64,000 nucleotides of DNA from Sedimentisphaerales bacterium. GTDB lineage: Bacteria; Planctomycetota; Phycisphaerae; Sedimentisphaerales; UBA12454. The notes beneath the pieces were generated by a model that saw only the letters and a program-made list of their open reading frames with translations, was not told the DNA's origin and ran no database searches. Shown one piece after another: positions 20,084 to 29,421 of this stretch. The translations under genes and the position numbers were made by a program. The stretch is taken from NCBI GenBank assembly GCA_016930635.1, contig JAFGGI010000012.1, positions 9,998 through 73,997 on the forward strand, read 5' to 3'. How positions within the stretch are numbered: the first letter of the stretch is position 1; every line of letters starts with the position of its first letter.

Positions 20084-21136
20084 CTATATTAATTTTTCCG
20101 GTTCTTCGAGCAGTTTTCCGACCAGGCCTAAAAATTGTGCGGCTTCTGCGCCGTTTGCTATTCTGTGGTCAACTGCCAGCGTCATCTTCATAGATTTTCC
20201 TGCTATTACGCCGCCATCGCCCGGCACGCAGGTATCTGTAATTTTTCCGACGCCGAGAATACTGCACTGGCCCGGCACGACAATGGGAGTAAATGAGTCA
20301 ATGCCCAGAGAACTGAGATTGCCTATGGTAATGCATGCACCTTCGAGGTCCTCGAGAGCCAGTTTTCCGGTATTTGTGCGTTCGAGAAGAGCAGTTCGGT
20401 ATTCAGCAATCTCTGTGATATTTTTTTTGCCAACATCTTTGACGACCGCTCCGATCATTCCTGCTGATGTAATTACGGCAAGGCCCACACCGATCGAATC
20501 AGCTAAAAAGATCTCATCGCCTGCAATTTGGCCTGTCATTATCGGCCAGTGTTCAAAGCCGATTGACAAGACACGGATCAAAAAATCATCTATTGTTATT
20601 TCAACCTTGTTTTTCTTTTTCAGTTTTTCCTGATATTCGATGAGACCAGCGGCGTCGACGGAGATATTCAGATAAAAGCAGGGTATCTGCGATTTTGACT
20701 GGGCCATTTTTTCCGCGGTGATTTTTGCCAGTTTAGCCAGATGAACTTTCTGGCCGAGCTTGTATTTGCCCTGGTCTTTGGCAGCGGCGTTTAAGTCGGT
20801 CTGGGTTATTTCGCCATTTGAGGTTTTTATAACTGCTGAAGCAGTTATTCTTGATTTTTGGTTTTGACTGACAACGGCATCGGTGTTAATTTCATCATTT
20901 TCGTCGCCGAGCAGTAATAGAACCTGATCAACTAATATAGTTTGGCCTTTCTTGGCAACAATAGCTTTTACGTAACCTTCTTCGGGTGATTCGAGCTCGA
21001 GAGTAACCTTGTCGGTTTCTATTTCGAACAGGTAATCACCTTTTTTGACGTGCTGACCGATTTCGACCAGGCACTCCAGAATAGCGCCTTCTTCCATTGA
21101 CTGGCCCAGTTGCGGCAGTTTGACTTCCTTTATCAT
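20084..21136 (-). CDS. 2-oxoacid dehydrogenase E2-type lipoyl acyltransferase (short, stand-alone)
   Basis: N-terminal lipoyl domain (FEIETDKVTLELESPEEG) and C-terminal catalytic domain (LAVDHRIANGAEAAQF). No peripheral-subunit-binding domain is recognisable between them. Confidence 0.85.
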   Translation of the reverse strand: MIKEVKLPQLGQSMEEGAILECLVEIGQHVKKGDYLFEIETDKVTLELESPEEGYVKAIVAKKGQTILVDQVLLLLGDENDEINTDAVVSQNQKSRITASAVIKTSNGEITQTDLNAAAKDQGKYKLGQKVHLAKLAKITAEKMAQSKSQIPCFYLNISVDAAGLIEYQEKLKKKNKVEITIDDFLIRVLSIGFEHWPIMTGQIAGDEIFLADSIGVGLAVITSAGMIGAVVKDVGKKNITEIAEYRTALLERTNTGKLALEDLEGACITIGNLSSLGIDSFTPIVVPGQCSILGVGKITDTCVPGDGGVIAGKSMKMTLAVDHRIANGAEAAQFLGLVGKLLEEPEKLI

Positions 21137-21266
21137 AATTTGCTTTCCATCTTTGGTTAATTTCTATGGAAAATACTTTAATAAGTATATATTGTCAATA
21201 CTTGAAAATTCGGTCAGAATTAGTTAGGGTAGTGGCGAATTAGAGATTGTTTATTCGACTTAAAAT

Positions 21267-21578
21267 ATGGCTCAGAACAAAATTGATATAGAACAGGTAA
21301 AACAGGTCGCCAAACTGGCCAGGCTGGACCTGACCGAGGCCGAAATCTCTCAATTTACTACCCAGCTCGGTGCAATCCTCGAATATGTGGAAAAACTCAA
21401 CCAGCTTGATACGAGTAAAGTAGAGCCTTTGGCCCATTGTCTGCCTATAAATAACTGTCTCAGGGCCGATGAGGTGAAAGAATCTTTAGGAACTGACAAA
21501 ACTGTCACAAATGCTCCCCAAACTGACGGCCGGTTTTTCCTGGTGCCGAGAATATTGGAAGAATCCGGGGGATTTTAA
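21267..21578 (+). CDS. gatC: Asp/Glu-tRNA amidotransferase subunit C
   Basis: 103 aa. VKQVAKLARLDLTEAEI ... LEYVEKLNQLDT pattern. Lies directly upstream of gatA. Confidence 0.9.
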   Translation: MAQNKIDIEQVKQVAKLARLDLTEAEISQFTTQLGAILEYVEKLNQLDTSKVEPLAHCLPINNCLRADEVKESLGTDKTVTNAPQTDGRFFLVPRILEESGGF

Positions 21579-21583
21579 CAAAT

Positions 21584-23056
21584 ATGAGTCAAGAGATATT
21601 AAATCTTACCTGCAAACAATTGCGTGATTCGATCGCTAAAGGCGATGTGAAAAGCAGCGATGCTGTTTCCGCGGTTTTTGAAAGGATAGAAAAGTATGAT
21701 ACCCGGATAGGCGCGTTTTTGAGCACCTTTAAAACCGAGGCTCTTACGCAGGCAGGGAAAGTCGATGAAAAAATCGCTAAGGGCCAGTCAGTAGGCGCCC
21801 TTGCAGGTGTGCCGATAGCTGTTAAGGATAATATGTGCACGACGTTCGGCCCGACAAGCTGCGCATCGAAAATACTTGAGAATTTCCATTCGCCTTATAA
21901 CGCGACGGTAATAGAAAAACTTCTGGCTGCTGATGCAGTCATAATCGGCAAGACAAATCTTGATGAATTCGCGATGGGCTCGAGTACTGAAAACTCCGGC
22001 CTGAAAAAAACTGTCAATCCCTGGGATAAAGACAGGGTGCCGGGCGGAAGCAGCGGCGGCTCGGCTGCTGCGGTAGCAGCGCAGATGTGTTTTGCCGCGA
22101 TGGGGAGTGATACAGGCGGTTCTATCAGACAGCCTGCAAGTTTCTGCGGGGTGGCAGGACTTAAGCCGACCTACGGCAGAGTTTCACGATACGGACTTGT
22201 TGCCTACGGTTCAAGTCTCGACCAAATCGGGCCACTGACGAAAAATATCGAAGATTGTGCACTTATGCTTAATGTTATCGCAGGTCATGATGAAAAAGAC
22301 AGCACAAGTGTTGATGAAACAACCGCATTTTTATGTGATTTTCTAAGCGGTGCTAATAAAGAGGTTAAGGATTTGAAGATTGCTGTTGTGCCGCAGTTAT
22401 TTGAAGGTGCTGATGAACAAGTTATTCAGAGCATTAAAGATGCCATTGAGGTTTATAAAAAACTCGGCGCCCAGATAATTGAAATACAGATGCCGCATTT
22501 CGAATATGCGATAGCAGCATATTATTTGATCGCTACCGCTGAGGCATCGAGTAATCTTGCCCGCTATGATGGTGTGCATTACGGCCACAGAACTAAAAAT
22601 GCTGGTGATTATATTGAAGTTTATACAAAGTCACGCGCCGAGGCATTCGGGACGGAAGTAAAAAGGCGTATCATGCTCGGAACGTATGCACTGTCCAGTG
22701 GATATTATGATGCTTATTATCTAAAGGCTCTGAAGGTACGTAATCTTATACGCGGCGATTTTACTGCAGCGTTTGAAAAAACAGATTGCATTATAATGCC
22801 GACGAGTCCGACAACGGCATTTAAGATAGGCGAAAAGACTGCTGACCCGCTGCAGATGTATTTGGCTGATGTTTATACTATAGCTGCTAATCTTGCAGGT
22901 ATTCCTGCTATCAGTATTCCGTGCGGATTCGATAAAAATAATCTTCCTATAGGGTTGCAGATAATTGCACCTGCCTTTGGTGAAAAAAAACTGTTGCAAA
23001 TAGCTCGTATGTTTGAAAGCCAGACCGATTTCCATAAGAAAAATCCTCAGTTATGA
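21584..23056 (+). CDS. gatA: Asp/Glu-tRNA amidotransferase subunit A
   Basis: Amidase signature GGSSGGSAAAVAA and GSDTGGSIRQPASFCG. Confidence 0.95.
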   Translation: MSQEILNLTCKQLRDSIAKGDVKSSDAVSAVFERIEKYDTRIGAFLSTFKTEALTQAGKVDEKIAKGQSVGALAGVPIAVKDNMCTTFGPTSCASKILENFHSPYNATVIEKLLAADAVIIGKTNLDEFAMGSSTENSGLKKTVNPWDKDRVPGGSSGGSAAAVAAQMCFAAMGSDTGGSIRQPASFCGVAGLKPTYGRVSRYGLVAYGSSLDQIGPLTKNIEDCALMLNVIAGHDEKDSTSVDETTAFLCDFLSGANKEVKDLKIAVVPQLFEGADEQVIQSIKDAIEVYKKLGAQIIEIQMPHFEYAIAAYYLIATAEASSNLARYDGVHYGHRTKNAGDYIEVYTKSRAEAFGTEVKRRIMLGTYALSSGYYDAYYLKALKVRNLIRGDFTAAFEKTDCIIMPTSPTTAFKIGEKTADPLQMYLADVYTIAANLAGIPAISIPCGFDKNNLPIGLQIIAPAFGEKKLLQIARMFESQTDFHKKNPQL

Positions 23057-24519
23057 CAGATAGTGATTATAAGATTATTGTTGGTTTAGAGATACACGTG
23101 CAGTTGGCTACGCGGACGAAGATGTTCTGCGGCTGTGAGCTTGCATTTGCTGAAGATCCGAACAGCAGGGTCTGTCCTACCTGTCTTGGGCTGCCGGGCG
23201 CTTTGCCTGTTATGAATGCCCAGGCTGTTGAGTTTGCAATCCTTACCGCGACGGCACTCAACTGTAAGATAGCGGAATTCACCAAGTGGGACAGGAAAAG
23301 TTATTACTATCCGGATTTGCCGAAGAATTATCAGATAAGCCAGTACGATCTGCCGATAGGTTCTAATGGTTTTATAGAAATTCCTCTTTCAGATGGACAG
23401 ACCAAAAAAATCAGGATTTTAAGAGTACATTTGGAAGAAGATGCGGGCAAAAACGTTCATACCTCCGGCAATTTTTCACAGGTTGACCTCAACAGGGCAG
23501 GAACGCCTTTATTGGAAATTGTAACCGAGCCTGATATGAACAGTGCCGAGGAGGTAAGGGCTCTTGCGATAGAGCTGCAGAGAATCGTTCGATTTCTCGG
23601 TGTCTCGCAAGCTGATATGCAGAAAGGGCACATGCGGTTCGAGCCTAATGTTAATCTTCATATTGAAAGAGGCGGCAGTACAAGTAAGACCCCGATAACA
23701 GAGGTTAAAAATCTTAACAGCTTCAAGGCTCTTGAAAAGAGCGTGGCTTTCGAGGCGGTAAGGCAGTTCGATGAGTTTCTCGATACCGGTATTTGTCTGC
23801 AAAGCGGCAACAAAAAGACCTTCGGCTGGGATGATGTCAAGGAAGTTACTGTTTTGCAGAGGGAAAAGGAAGAAGCTCATGATTATCGTTATTTCCCGGA
23901 CCCCGACCTTGTGCCTGTAGTGGTTAATGAAGAATGGTTGGAGCGGATAAAAACAAAGCTTTGTGAGTTACCTTTAAAAATGCAGAGCCGATTTATCAGC
24001 GAGTATGGTTTGAGTGATTATGATGCCGGCGTTTTGACGACAGACAAGGAAATGGCGAAGTATTTTGATGATACAGTAAAGACCGGGGCGGATGCAAAGA
24101 GGGTTTGCAATCTCATTACACAAACAGGAATCAAAATTGCCAACGAAAAAGGATGCGGTGTTGCCCAGCTTGGTATAGAGCCGACAAGACTTGCTGCTCT
24201 CGCAAAGATAACCGATGATGGAAAAATAAGCGCGACGGCGGCTGTTACGGTATTTGAAAAAATGCTCGAAAGTAAAGATTCCCCTGACAAAATAGCCCAG
24301 CAGCTTGATCTTCTCCAGAGGAGTGACGAAGGTGAGCTTGAAAAAATCGTCGATGAGGTTATTACAGCAAATGCCCAGGCCGTCGAAGATGTCAAAAGCG
24401 GCGGCAAAAAGAGTAAAAAGGCGCACGGCTTTTTAATGGGCCAGGTAATGCAAAAGAGCAAGGGTAAAGCAAATCCCCAGATAGTAGCGAAAATCCTGGG
24501 CTCGAAATTAGGGAGCTAA
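23053..24519 (+). CDS. gatB: Asp/Glu-tRNA amidotransferase subunit B
   Basis: IVGLEIHVQL, KMFCGC, LEEDAGK, RFEPNVN and a C-terminal GatB_Yqey tail. The ATGA start overlaps the gatA stop. Confidence 0.95.
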   Translation: MTDSDYKIIVGLEIHVQLATRTKMFCGCELAFAEDPNSRVCPTCLGLPGALPVMNAQAVEFAILTATALNCKIAEFTKWDRKSYYYPDLPKNYQISQYDLPIGSNGFIEIPLSDGQTKKIRILRVHLEEDAGKNVHTSGNFSQVDLNRAGTPLLEIVTEPDMNSAEEVRALAIELQRIVRFLGVSQADMQKGHMRFEPNVNLHIERGGSTSKTPITEVKNLNSFKALEKSVAFEAVRQFDEFLDTGICLQSGNKKTFGWDDVKEVTVLQREKEEAHDYRYFPDPDLVPVVVNEEWLERIKTKLCELPLKMQSRFISEYGLSDYDAGVLTTDKEMAKYFDDTVKTGADAKRVCNLITQTGIKIANEKGCGVAQLGIEPTRLAALAKITDDGKISATAAVTVFEKMLESKDSPDKIAQQLDLLQRSDEGELEKIVDEVITANAQAVEDVKSGGKKSKKAHGFLMGQVMQKSKGKANPQIVAKILGSKLGS

Positions 24520-24522
24520 TTC

Positions 24523-24550
24523 TAAACCCTATACCCTAAACCCTATACCC
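24523..24550. repeat. Two tandem copies of the 14-mer TAAACCCTATACCC (plus a partial third)
   Basis: Read directly at 24523-24536 and 24537-24550, followed by TAAACA. Lies immediately after the gatB stop. Confidence 0.8.
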
Positions 24551-24582
24551 TAAACAACTTACATATATTTCTTTTTTTGGCC

Positions 24583-24610
24583 TTGCAAATGTTTGGCAAA
24601 TCCTTATAAT
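24583..24610 (+). promoter_or_regulatory. Sigma-70-like promoter of rpmB
   Basis: TTGCAA (24583-24588), a 16-nt spacer, then TATAAT (24605-24610). Confidence 0.4.
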
Positions 24611-24663
24611 TACACGACTTTAAAGGGCCTAACATTATTTAATCTAATTGGAACCAGAGACTT

Positions 24664-24918
24664 ATGGCAAGAAAATGTCATTTTTTAGGTAAAAGAACGA
24701 CGACAGGTAATACGATTTCCCGTCGCGGCAAGGCTAAATACCTTGGCGGTGTCGGTGTAAAGACTACCGGTATAACCAAAAGGAAATTCAAGCCTAACAT
24801 TCAGAAGGTCCGTGCTATTGTCGATGGTAAAGTCTGCCGGATAAAGGTCTCTGCAAAGGCGATTAGAATGGGCCTGATTGAAAAGCCTATGAAAAGGGAC
24901 TACAAGCCCAAGGCATAA
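24664..24918 (+). CDS. rpmB: 50S ribosomal protein L28
   Basis: MARKCHFLGKRTTTGNTISRRG ... KFKPNIQKVR is a typical L28 sequence. Confidence 0.9.
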   Translation: MARKCHFLGKRTTTGNTISRRGKAKYLGGVGVKTTGITKRKFKPNIQKVRAIVDGKVCRIKVSAKAIRMGLIEKPMKRDYKPKA

Positions 24919-24943
24919 TTTAAAAATGAAAATTAAAATTCTA

Positions 24944-24984
24944 CCCCTGTGCTTTCTTGCGGAAGCAGGAACAGGGGTTTTTTT
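24944..24984 (+). terminator. Rho-independent terminator of rpmB
   Basis: CCCCTGT (24944-24950) pairs with ACAGGGG (24971-24977). An inner stem extends it (TGCTTTC/GGAAGCA). TTTTTTT follows at 24978-24984. Confidence 0.75.
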
Positions 24985-24987
24985 ATG

Positions 24988-25698
24988 TCAAATCTTCTTG
25001 AGGTAGTCTATCTCGGCCTTGGTTAGTTTTCGATATCTGCCGACGCCGAGGTGGTGAAGAGAGATTTTTCCGATCTTTGTTCTTTTGAGTGAAGTTACTT
25101 TATAGCCTACTTTGGCCATCACTCTGCGGATTTGTCTGTTCAGGCCCTGGTGGAGTTTTATTTCGATTATACTCTCGGTGTGATGGGCCTTTAAGACTTT
25201 CACTTTCATCGGTGCGGTTTTGCCTTCAGCGAGCCAAATACCTTTTTTCAGTTTTTCGACCGCTTCTGTTGTGACTTTACCTTTAACACAAACCACATAG
25301 GTTTTGGTGAACTGATGCCTGGGATGGGTTACCTGGTTGGAAATAGCAGTATCATTAGTCAAAATTATTGCCCCTATAGTATCAGCGTCGAGTCTGCCGA
25401 TGCAGAAAATCCGGCCTTTATAGTCGACTAAATCTATCGCTTTTGTTCTGCCTCCGGGGTCGCTGTTTGTACATATAACGCCTTTGGGCTTATTGAGCAG
25501 ATAGTAGACTTTCTGCTTCGGCCGGAGTTTTTTGCCATCTACCGTGATACAATCGGTCTCTGTATCCGCAAAGGCAGGCAGAGTATCGACAATTTTCCCG
25601 TTTACTCTTATAAAGCCGTCAAGAATCAGCTGTTCGCAGTTCCTGCGGGAATCTATTCCAGCGGCGGCAAGAATCTTCTGTAATCGCTCTTTTGGCAT
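24988..25698 (-). CDS. Pseudouridine synthase, RsuA/RluB family
   Basis: N-terminal S4 domain (RLQKILAAAGIDSRRNCEQLILDGFIRVNGK) and catalytic GRLDADTIGAIILTND. Confidence 0.85.
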   Translation of the reverse strand: MPKERLQKILAAAGIDSRRNCEQLILDGFIRVNGKIVDTLPAFADTETDCITVDGKKLRPKQKVYYLLNKPKGVICTNSDPGGRTKAIDLVDYKGRIFCIGRLDADTIGAIILTNDTAISNQVTHPRHQFTKTYVVCVKGKVTTEAVEKLKKGIWLAEGKTAPMKVKVLKAHHTESIIEIKLHQGLNRQIRRVMAKVGYKVTSLKRTKIGKISLHHLGVGRYRKLTKAEIDYLKKI

Positions 25699-25790
25699 AT
25701 AAACAGCTCAAAAATATTGGTTTTGCCATAAGTATATAGCCTTAAAACCGCTTATGCCACAAAGACTTTGAGGATTTAGGTAAATTTTAG

Positions 25791-25819
25791 TTGACTGAAA
25801 GGCCATTTTATAGGATAAT
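25791..25819 (+). promoter_or_regulatory. Sigma-70-like promoter of the 25887 gene
   Basis: TTGACT (25791-25796), a 17-nt spacer, then GATAAT (25814-25819). Confidence 0.35.
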
Positions 25820-25886
25820 TGCCCTATACATTGGGTTCGTAAATATAGAATTTAACTGTTTTAATACCCGTTTCAGGAGATTTTAG

Positions 25887-27332
25887 ATGGCTGTTTCTCG
25901 CCAAAGTCAAAGCAGTACAATGCTTTATACTGCTGTTATGTTTGTCGGTCTGTTCGTTATCACTATGATTGGAACAGTTGTATTTTATTTAAAGTCAGAA
26001 GACTGGCGAAACCAGTACGTCATAAGCCAACAGGACCAGTCTAAGTTTGCTACTCAGACCGAAATGCGTAACATTGGCGCACTTGTCGGCCAATCACAGA
26101 AAAAAGGAAGCATACTTGGCCAGCTTCTCGGATATATCGATGAGATGTATGTTTTGTTTATCGGTCTTGACCCGCAGGAAACAAGTGCAGAAGTAAAAGT
26201 GTCTCAGATGAAAGAAAAGTATAATGATGCACTGATAAAGTTATCAAAGGAGGCGGTATTTTCTACAGATGCCAATGGTCCTGGTGTTGCCAAATTGTTG
26301 GAAATATATGACAGTAAGCTGACACAACAAATAGAACTTTCCAGTCAGTTACAATCGCAGTTCGACAAATTGAATGACGAATATGATATTGCCAGGCAGT
26401 CTTCTGCAGAGCAGGAAAAAGCACTAAGAGCGAAGATCAGGACTGCACAGGAAGATGCGAACAATGTTCAGCAAAGTTATGATGAGCTTGAAGAGCTTAT
26501 GAAACAAAAAGCTGATGAGCAGGTGCAGACGCTTATGAAGCAGAGAGATGCCGCTGTTGAGGACAAGAACAAAACCAGGCAGGAGTTACTGGAGACTCTC
26601 AGCAAGTTAAGTATCACACAGACCAGGCTGGAAGAAGCTTTAAGCAGGCTTGATGTTTTGAAACCAAGACCTAAAGAAGATATAGCAGCCTATCAACCAG
26701 ATGGACAGGTTATTACAGTTGATAATGCGACGAATGTCGTGTTTATAGATATTGGGCGCCAGGACAAGGTTTATGCGGGACTGACCTTTTCTGTTTATGA
26801 CAAGAATGCACCTATTCCAACGGACGGTTCAAGCAAGGCAGAGATCGAAGTATTTAATGTTGATCAGAACACTGCTATTGCAAGAATAAACAAGTTCAGC
26901 AAGAAGAACCCTATTGCTGAGGGTGATATAATTATAAATCTTATCTGGGACGGCCAAGCTGTTAACAGATTTGTTGTTGCCGGCGACTTTGATTTTGACG
27001 GTGATGGAAATGTCGACTCTGATGGTGCAATGAAGATAAAACAGCTTGTTGAGAACTGGGGTGGAAAAGTTGAAAACGTTGTAACGATTGATACGGATTT
27101 CGTTGTACTTGGTGCTCCGCCTCAGGTTAATAAAAAACCGACACTTGACGAGATAGAGGCAGACCCGATGGCTACAGACAAGTATGAAGCCTCTCTAAAG
27201 GCATCCGAGCAGTATCAGGAAGTCAAGGCTCAGGCTAAGGATCTTTTTATTCCGGTTTTTGGTGTAAGAAGATTTCTTAACTTTATCGGCTACGAATCTA
27301 CAGCGTCAGGCACAAGGCTGAAAGTGTACTAA
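25887..27332 (+). CDS. Membrane-anchored coiled-coil protein with C-terminal BRCT-like domain (function unknown)
   Basis: 481 aa. One N-terminal TM helix (LYTAVMFVGLFVITMIGTVVFYL) and ~170 aa of heptad-rich Q/E/K/L sequence. The C-terminus reads RFVVAGDF...IKQLVENWGGKVENVVTIDTDFVVLG...FIPVFGVRRFLNFIG, which follows the BRCT pattern. Confidence 0.6.
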   Translation: MAVSRQSQSSTMLYTAVMFVGLFVITMIGTVVFYLKSEDWRNQYVISQQDQSKFATQTEMRNIGALVGQSQKKGSILGQLLGYIDEMYVLFIGLDPQETSAEVKVSQMKEKYNDALIKLSKEAVFSTDANGPGVAKLLEIYDSKLTQQIELSSQLQSQFDKLNDEYDIARQSSAEQEKALRAKIRTAQEDANNVQQSYDELEELMKQKADEQVQTLMKQRDAAVEDKNKTRQELLETLSKLSITQTRLEEALSRLDVLKPRPKEDIAAYQPDGQVITVDNATNVVFIDIGRQDKVYAGLTFSVYDKNAPIPTDGSSKAEIEVFNVDQNTAIARINKFSKKNPIAEGDIIINLIWDGQAVNRFVVAGDFDFDGDGNVDSDGAMKIKQLVENWGGKVENVVTIDTDFVVLGAPPQVNKKPTLDEIEADPMATDKYEASLKASEQYQEVKAQAKDLFIPVFGVRRFLNFIGYESTASGTRLKVY

Positions 27333-27333
27333 A

Positions 27334-28041
27334 TCAGGATAAAGTCTTTTTCTCTGCCGGTTCGATACCGATAGAAGCAATATAAACTTTTCCTGTATAT
27401 TCTGATGAGGATTCGTTTGCAAATCCCTTTTTAGCTGCGGCAAATGTAACCGTTATAGCTGCTTTTATTGCTGTTCCTTCCGCAAGTCCTGCATCACAAT
27501 CAAGACCTGATGGGATATCAACAGCTATTATTGGTTTGCCGAGTGAATTTATTGTATTTACAATATTTTTAAACCCGCCACGAAGCCGGCCCGAAAAACC
27601 TGTTCCAAAAATTGCATCTACAATAAGATCGCTGTTACCGGCCGAGTTTTTGATATTACTTTCAATGTCCTCGCAGTCTGGGTCAAGCAGGTATGTTGAA
27701 ATTTCTGATTTACAGGCAATATTATAATTTATCAGGGCGTCACCCTTTATTTTAGAATTTGGTCCGCAGAGAACTATTTTTGCTTCGAAACCGGCATTTT
27801 TCAGATGCCTTGCGATTACGAAGCCGTCGCCGCCGTTGTTTCCGGTGCCGCAGAAGATGCAAACCTTTCTGCCGTCTGATTTTTTTAGTTCATCCATTAC
27901 AATTTCCGCACATCCCCGGCCGGCATTTTCCATTAAAACTACACCAGGCACGTGAGCCTGATTTATCGCCCATGCGTCAAAATCACGCATTTGCTGTCTT
28001 GTGAGCGTCAGGTCGTTTTTTCGGTCAAATTCTCTTATCAT
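27334..28041 (-). CDS. NAD(P)H-hydrate epimerase (YjeF N-terminal domain only)
   Basis: CGTGNNGGDGFVIARHL and AVDIPSGLD blocks. No C-terminal dehydratase domain. Confidence 0.8.
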   Translation of the reverse strand: MIREFDRKNDLTLTRQQMRDFDAWAINQAHVPGVVLMENAGRGCAEIVMDELKKSDGRKVCIFCGTGNNGGDGFVIARHLKNAGFEAKIVLCGPNSKIKGDALINYNIACKSEISTYLLDPDCEDIESNIKNSAGNSDLIVDAIFGTGFSGRLRGGFKNIVNTINSLGKPIIAVDIPSGLDCDAGLAEGTAIKAAITVTFAAAKKGFANESSSEYTGKVYIASIGIEPAEKKTLS

Positions 28042-28234
28042 ACTCCTGATTATACTGTCAAATCGCAGACCGTCAATTAGCTGTTGATTATAATAAGCTA
28101 TAAGGTACTATGTTTACTGATGAATCCCGAATCTTCTAAGTATTCGGTGCATTACATAAGTCTTTTTAAGAAACGAAAAGGCAGATTTATATGTCAGGTA
28201 TGTATATATTTTTTAATAAAAATAAGGTAACGGG

Positions 28235-28978
28235 ATGAATATTCTGCTGACAAATGATGATGGTGTTTTTGCGGATGGTATAGCAGCAGCTTATGCTGAA
28301 TTGGTCAATCTGGGCGAAGTAACCGTTGTCGCACCTTCCGGAAGAATGAGCGGTGCAGGTCACAGCATAACTGTTTTTGAACCTTTAGCCTGTGAGAAGG
28401 TCGAGGTGCACGACCAGTTTACTGCTTATGCGGTAAGCGGTTCCCCGGCAGATTGTGTCAAACTTGCTGTTTTGCAACTGTGTCCCCAAAGACCTGATTT
28501 GGTTGTCAGCGGGATTAATAACGGTGCAAATGTAGGTATCAATGTATATTATTCAGGTACGGTAGCAGCAGCTATAGAGGCGGCATTCTACCGGATACCT
28601 GCTGTTGCCCTGAGCTGCGCTCATGAAGAACAAATGGACTTTAAGACGGCTGCTAAATATGCTGTCGAGGTTTTGAATAAAATCCCGGTTGCAGATTTGT
28701 CAGGAGTTATAAATATCAATATTCCCAGGCTTTCAAAGGGCCGGCCCAAAGGCGTCAAAGTAGTGCCCCAGTCAACTCTGGGTTTTAAAGAAGGCTTCGT
28801 AAAAAAGGAAGGAGACTCAAGTCGACAGCTCTATCAGCTTACAGGCGGAGACCCCCTGGATAAAAATATACCTGCGGATACACTTGGGCTGACTGAAGGC
28901 TTTATTACTGTTACTGCTTTGGGGTTTGATATGACGGATTATAAAAATATGGAAAAACTTCATCAGATAAAATGGTGA
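28235..28978 (+). CDS. surE: 5'/3'-nucleotidase SurE
   Basis: ILLTNDDGVFADGI, SGINNGANVG, YSGTVAAA. Confidence 0.9.
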   Translation: MNILLTNDDGVFADGIAAAYAELVNLGEVTVVAPSGRMSGAGHSITVFEPLACEKVEVHDQFTAYAVSGSPADCVKLAVLQLCPQRPDLVVSGINNGANVGINVYYSGTVAAAIEAAFYRIPAVALSCAHEEQMDFKTAAKYAVEVLNKIPVADLSGVININIPRLSKGRPKGVKVVPQSTLGFKEGFVKKEGDSSRQLYQLTGGDPLDKNIPADTLGLTEGFITVTALGFDMTDYKNMEKLHQIKW

Positions 28979-28992
28979 TTTAAGGAAATTTT

Positions 28993-29283
28993 ATGGCTTC
29001 CAAAAAACAACCCAAAATATGTATTGTTACTGTTATAGGTAAAGACCGTGTAGGTATAATCGCCAAACTGGCCAATACTATGGCTCGGGCGAATATCAAT
29101 ATTCTCGATGTCAATCAGAAGGTTATGGAAAACTACTTTGTTATGACTATGGCAGTCGATGTCGCAAAAGCTGCTATCAGTATAGTTCAGGTCCACAAAC
29201 GGCTGGACAAAATCGCCAATGAAATGAAGCTGAAGATTATCTTTCAGGATGAAAATATCTTCAAGATGATGCACCGAATCTGA
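28993..29283 (+). CDS. Stand-alone ACT-domain protein (UPF0237-like)
   Basis: ICIVTVIGKDRVGIIAKLANTMARANINILDVNQ is a typical ACT beta-alpha-beta opening. 96 aa. Confidence 0.75.
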   Translation: MASKKQPKICIVTVIGKDRVGIIAKLANTMARANINILDVNQKVMENYFVMTMAVDVAKAAISIVQVHKRLDKIANEMKLKIIFQDENIFKMMHRI

Positions 29284-29421
29284 AAAAATACGCCAAAATG
29301 GGGGGTAGGAGTGCAAAATAGTGAAAAATTTTGCGCTTCAGGCATTTTTTATTTTTATTGTTTAAATAAGTGTAACGTTAGGAAACTAACTATACGTCCT
29401 ATAATGTAAGGATAAGTATTT

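Noticed and set aside
20049-20085. A 10-bp direct repeat, CTCTGTGGCT, at 20049-20058 and 20076-20085, at the 3' end of the E2 gene.
   Set aside because: It is short, there are only two copies, no further structure is associated with it, and it overlaps the stop region. This is most likely chance or slippage.
19912-20193. A 93-aa ORF in the CaCA/E2 spacer.
   Set aside because: It begins by translating the palindromic repeat (MIEIASACFTGLAMT), runs through a terminator hairpin, and then runs antisense into the E2 gene. It has no RBS.
24521-24556. A telomere-like CCCTAAA/CCCTATA tandem after gatB.
   Set aside because: There are only two full 14-mer units, in an ordinary bacterial intergenic spacer. 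I recorded it as a short tandem repeat, but nothing supports any telomeric or replicative role.
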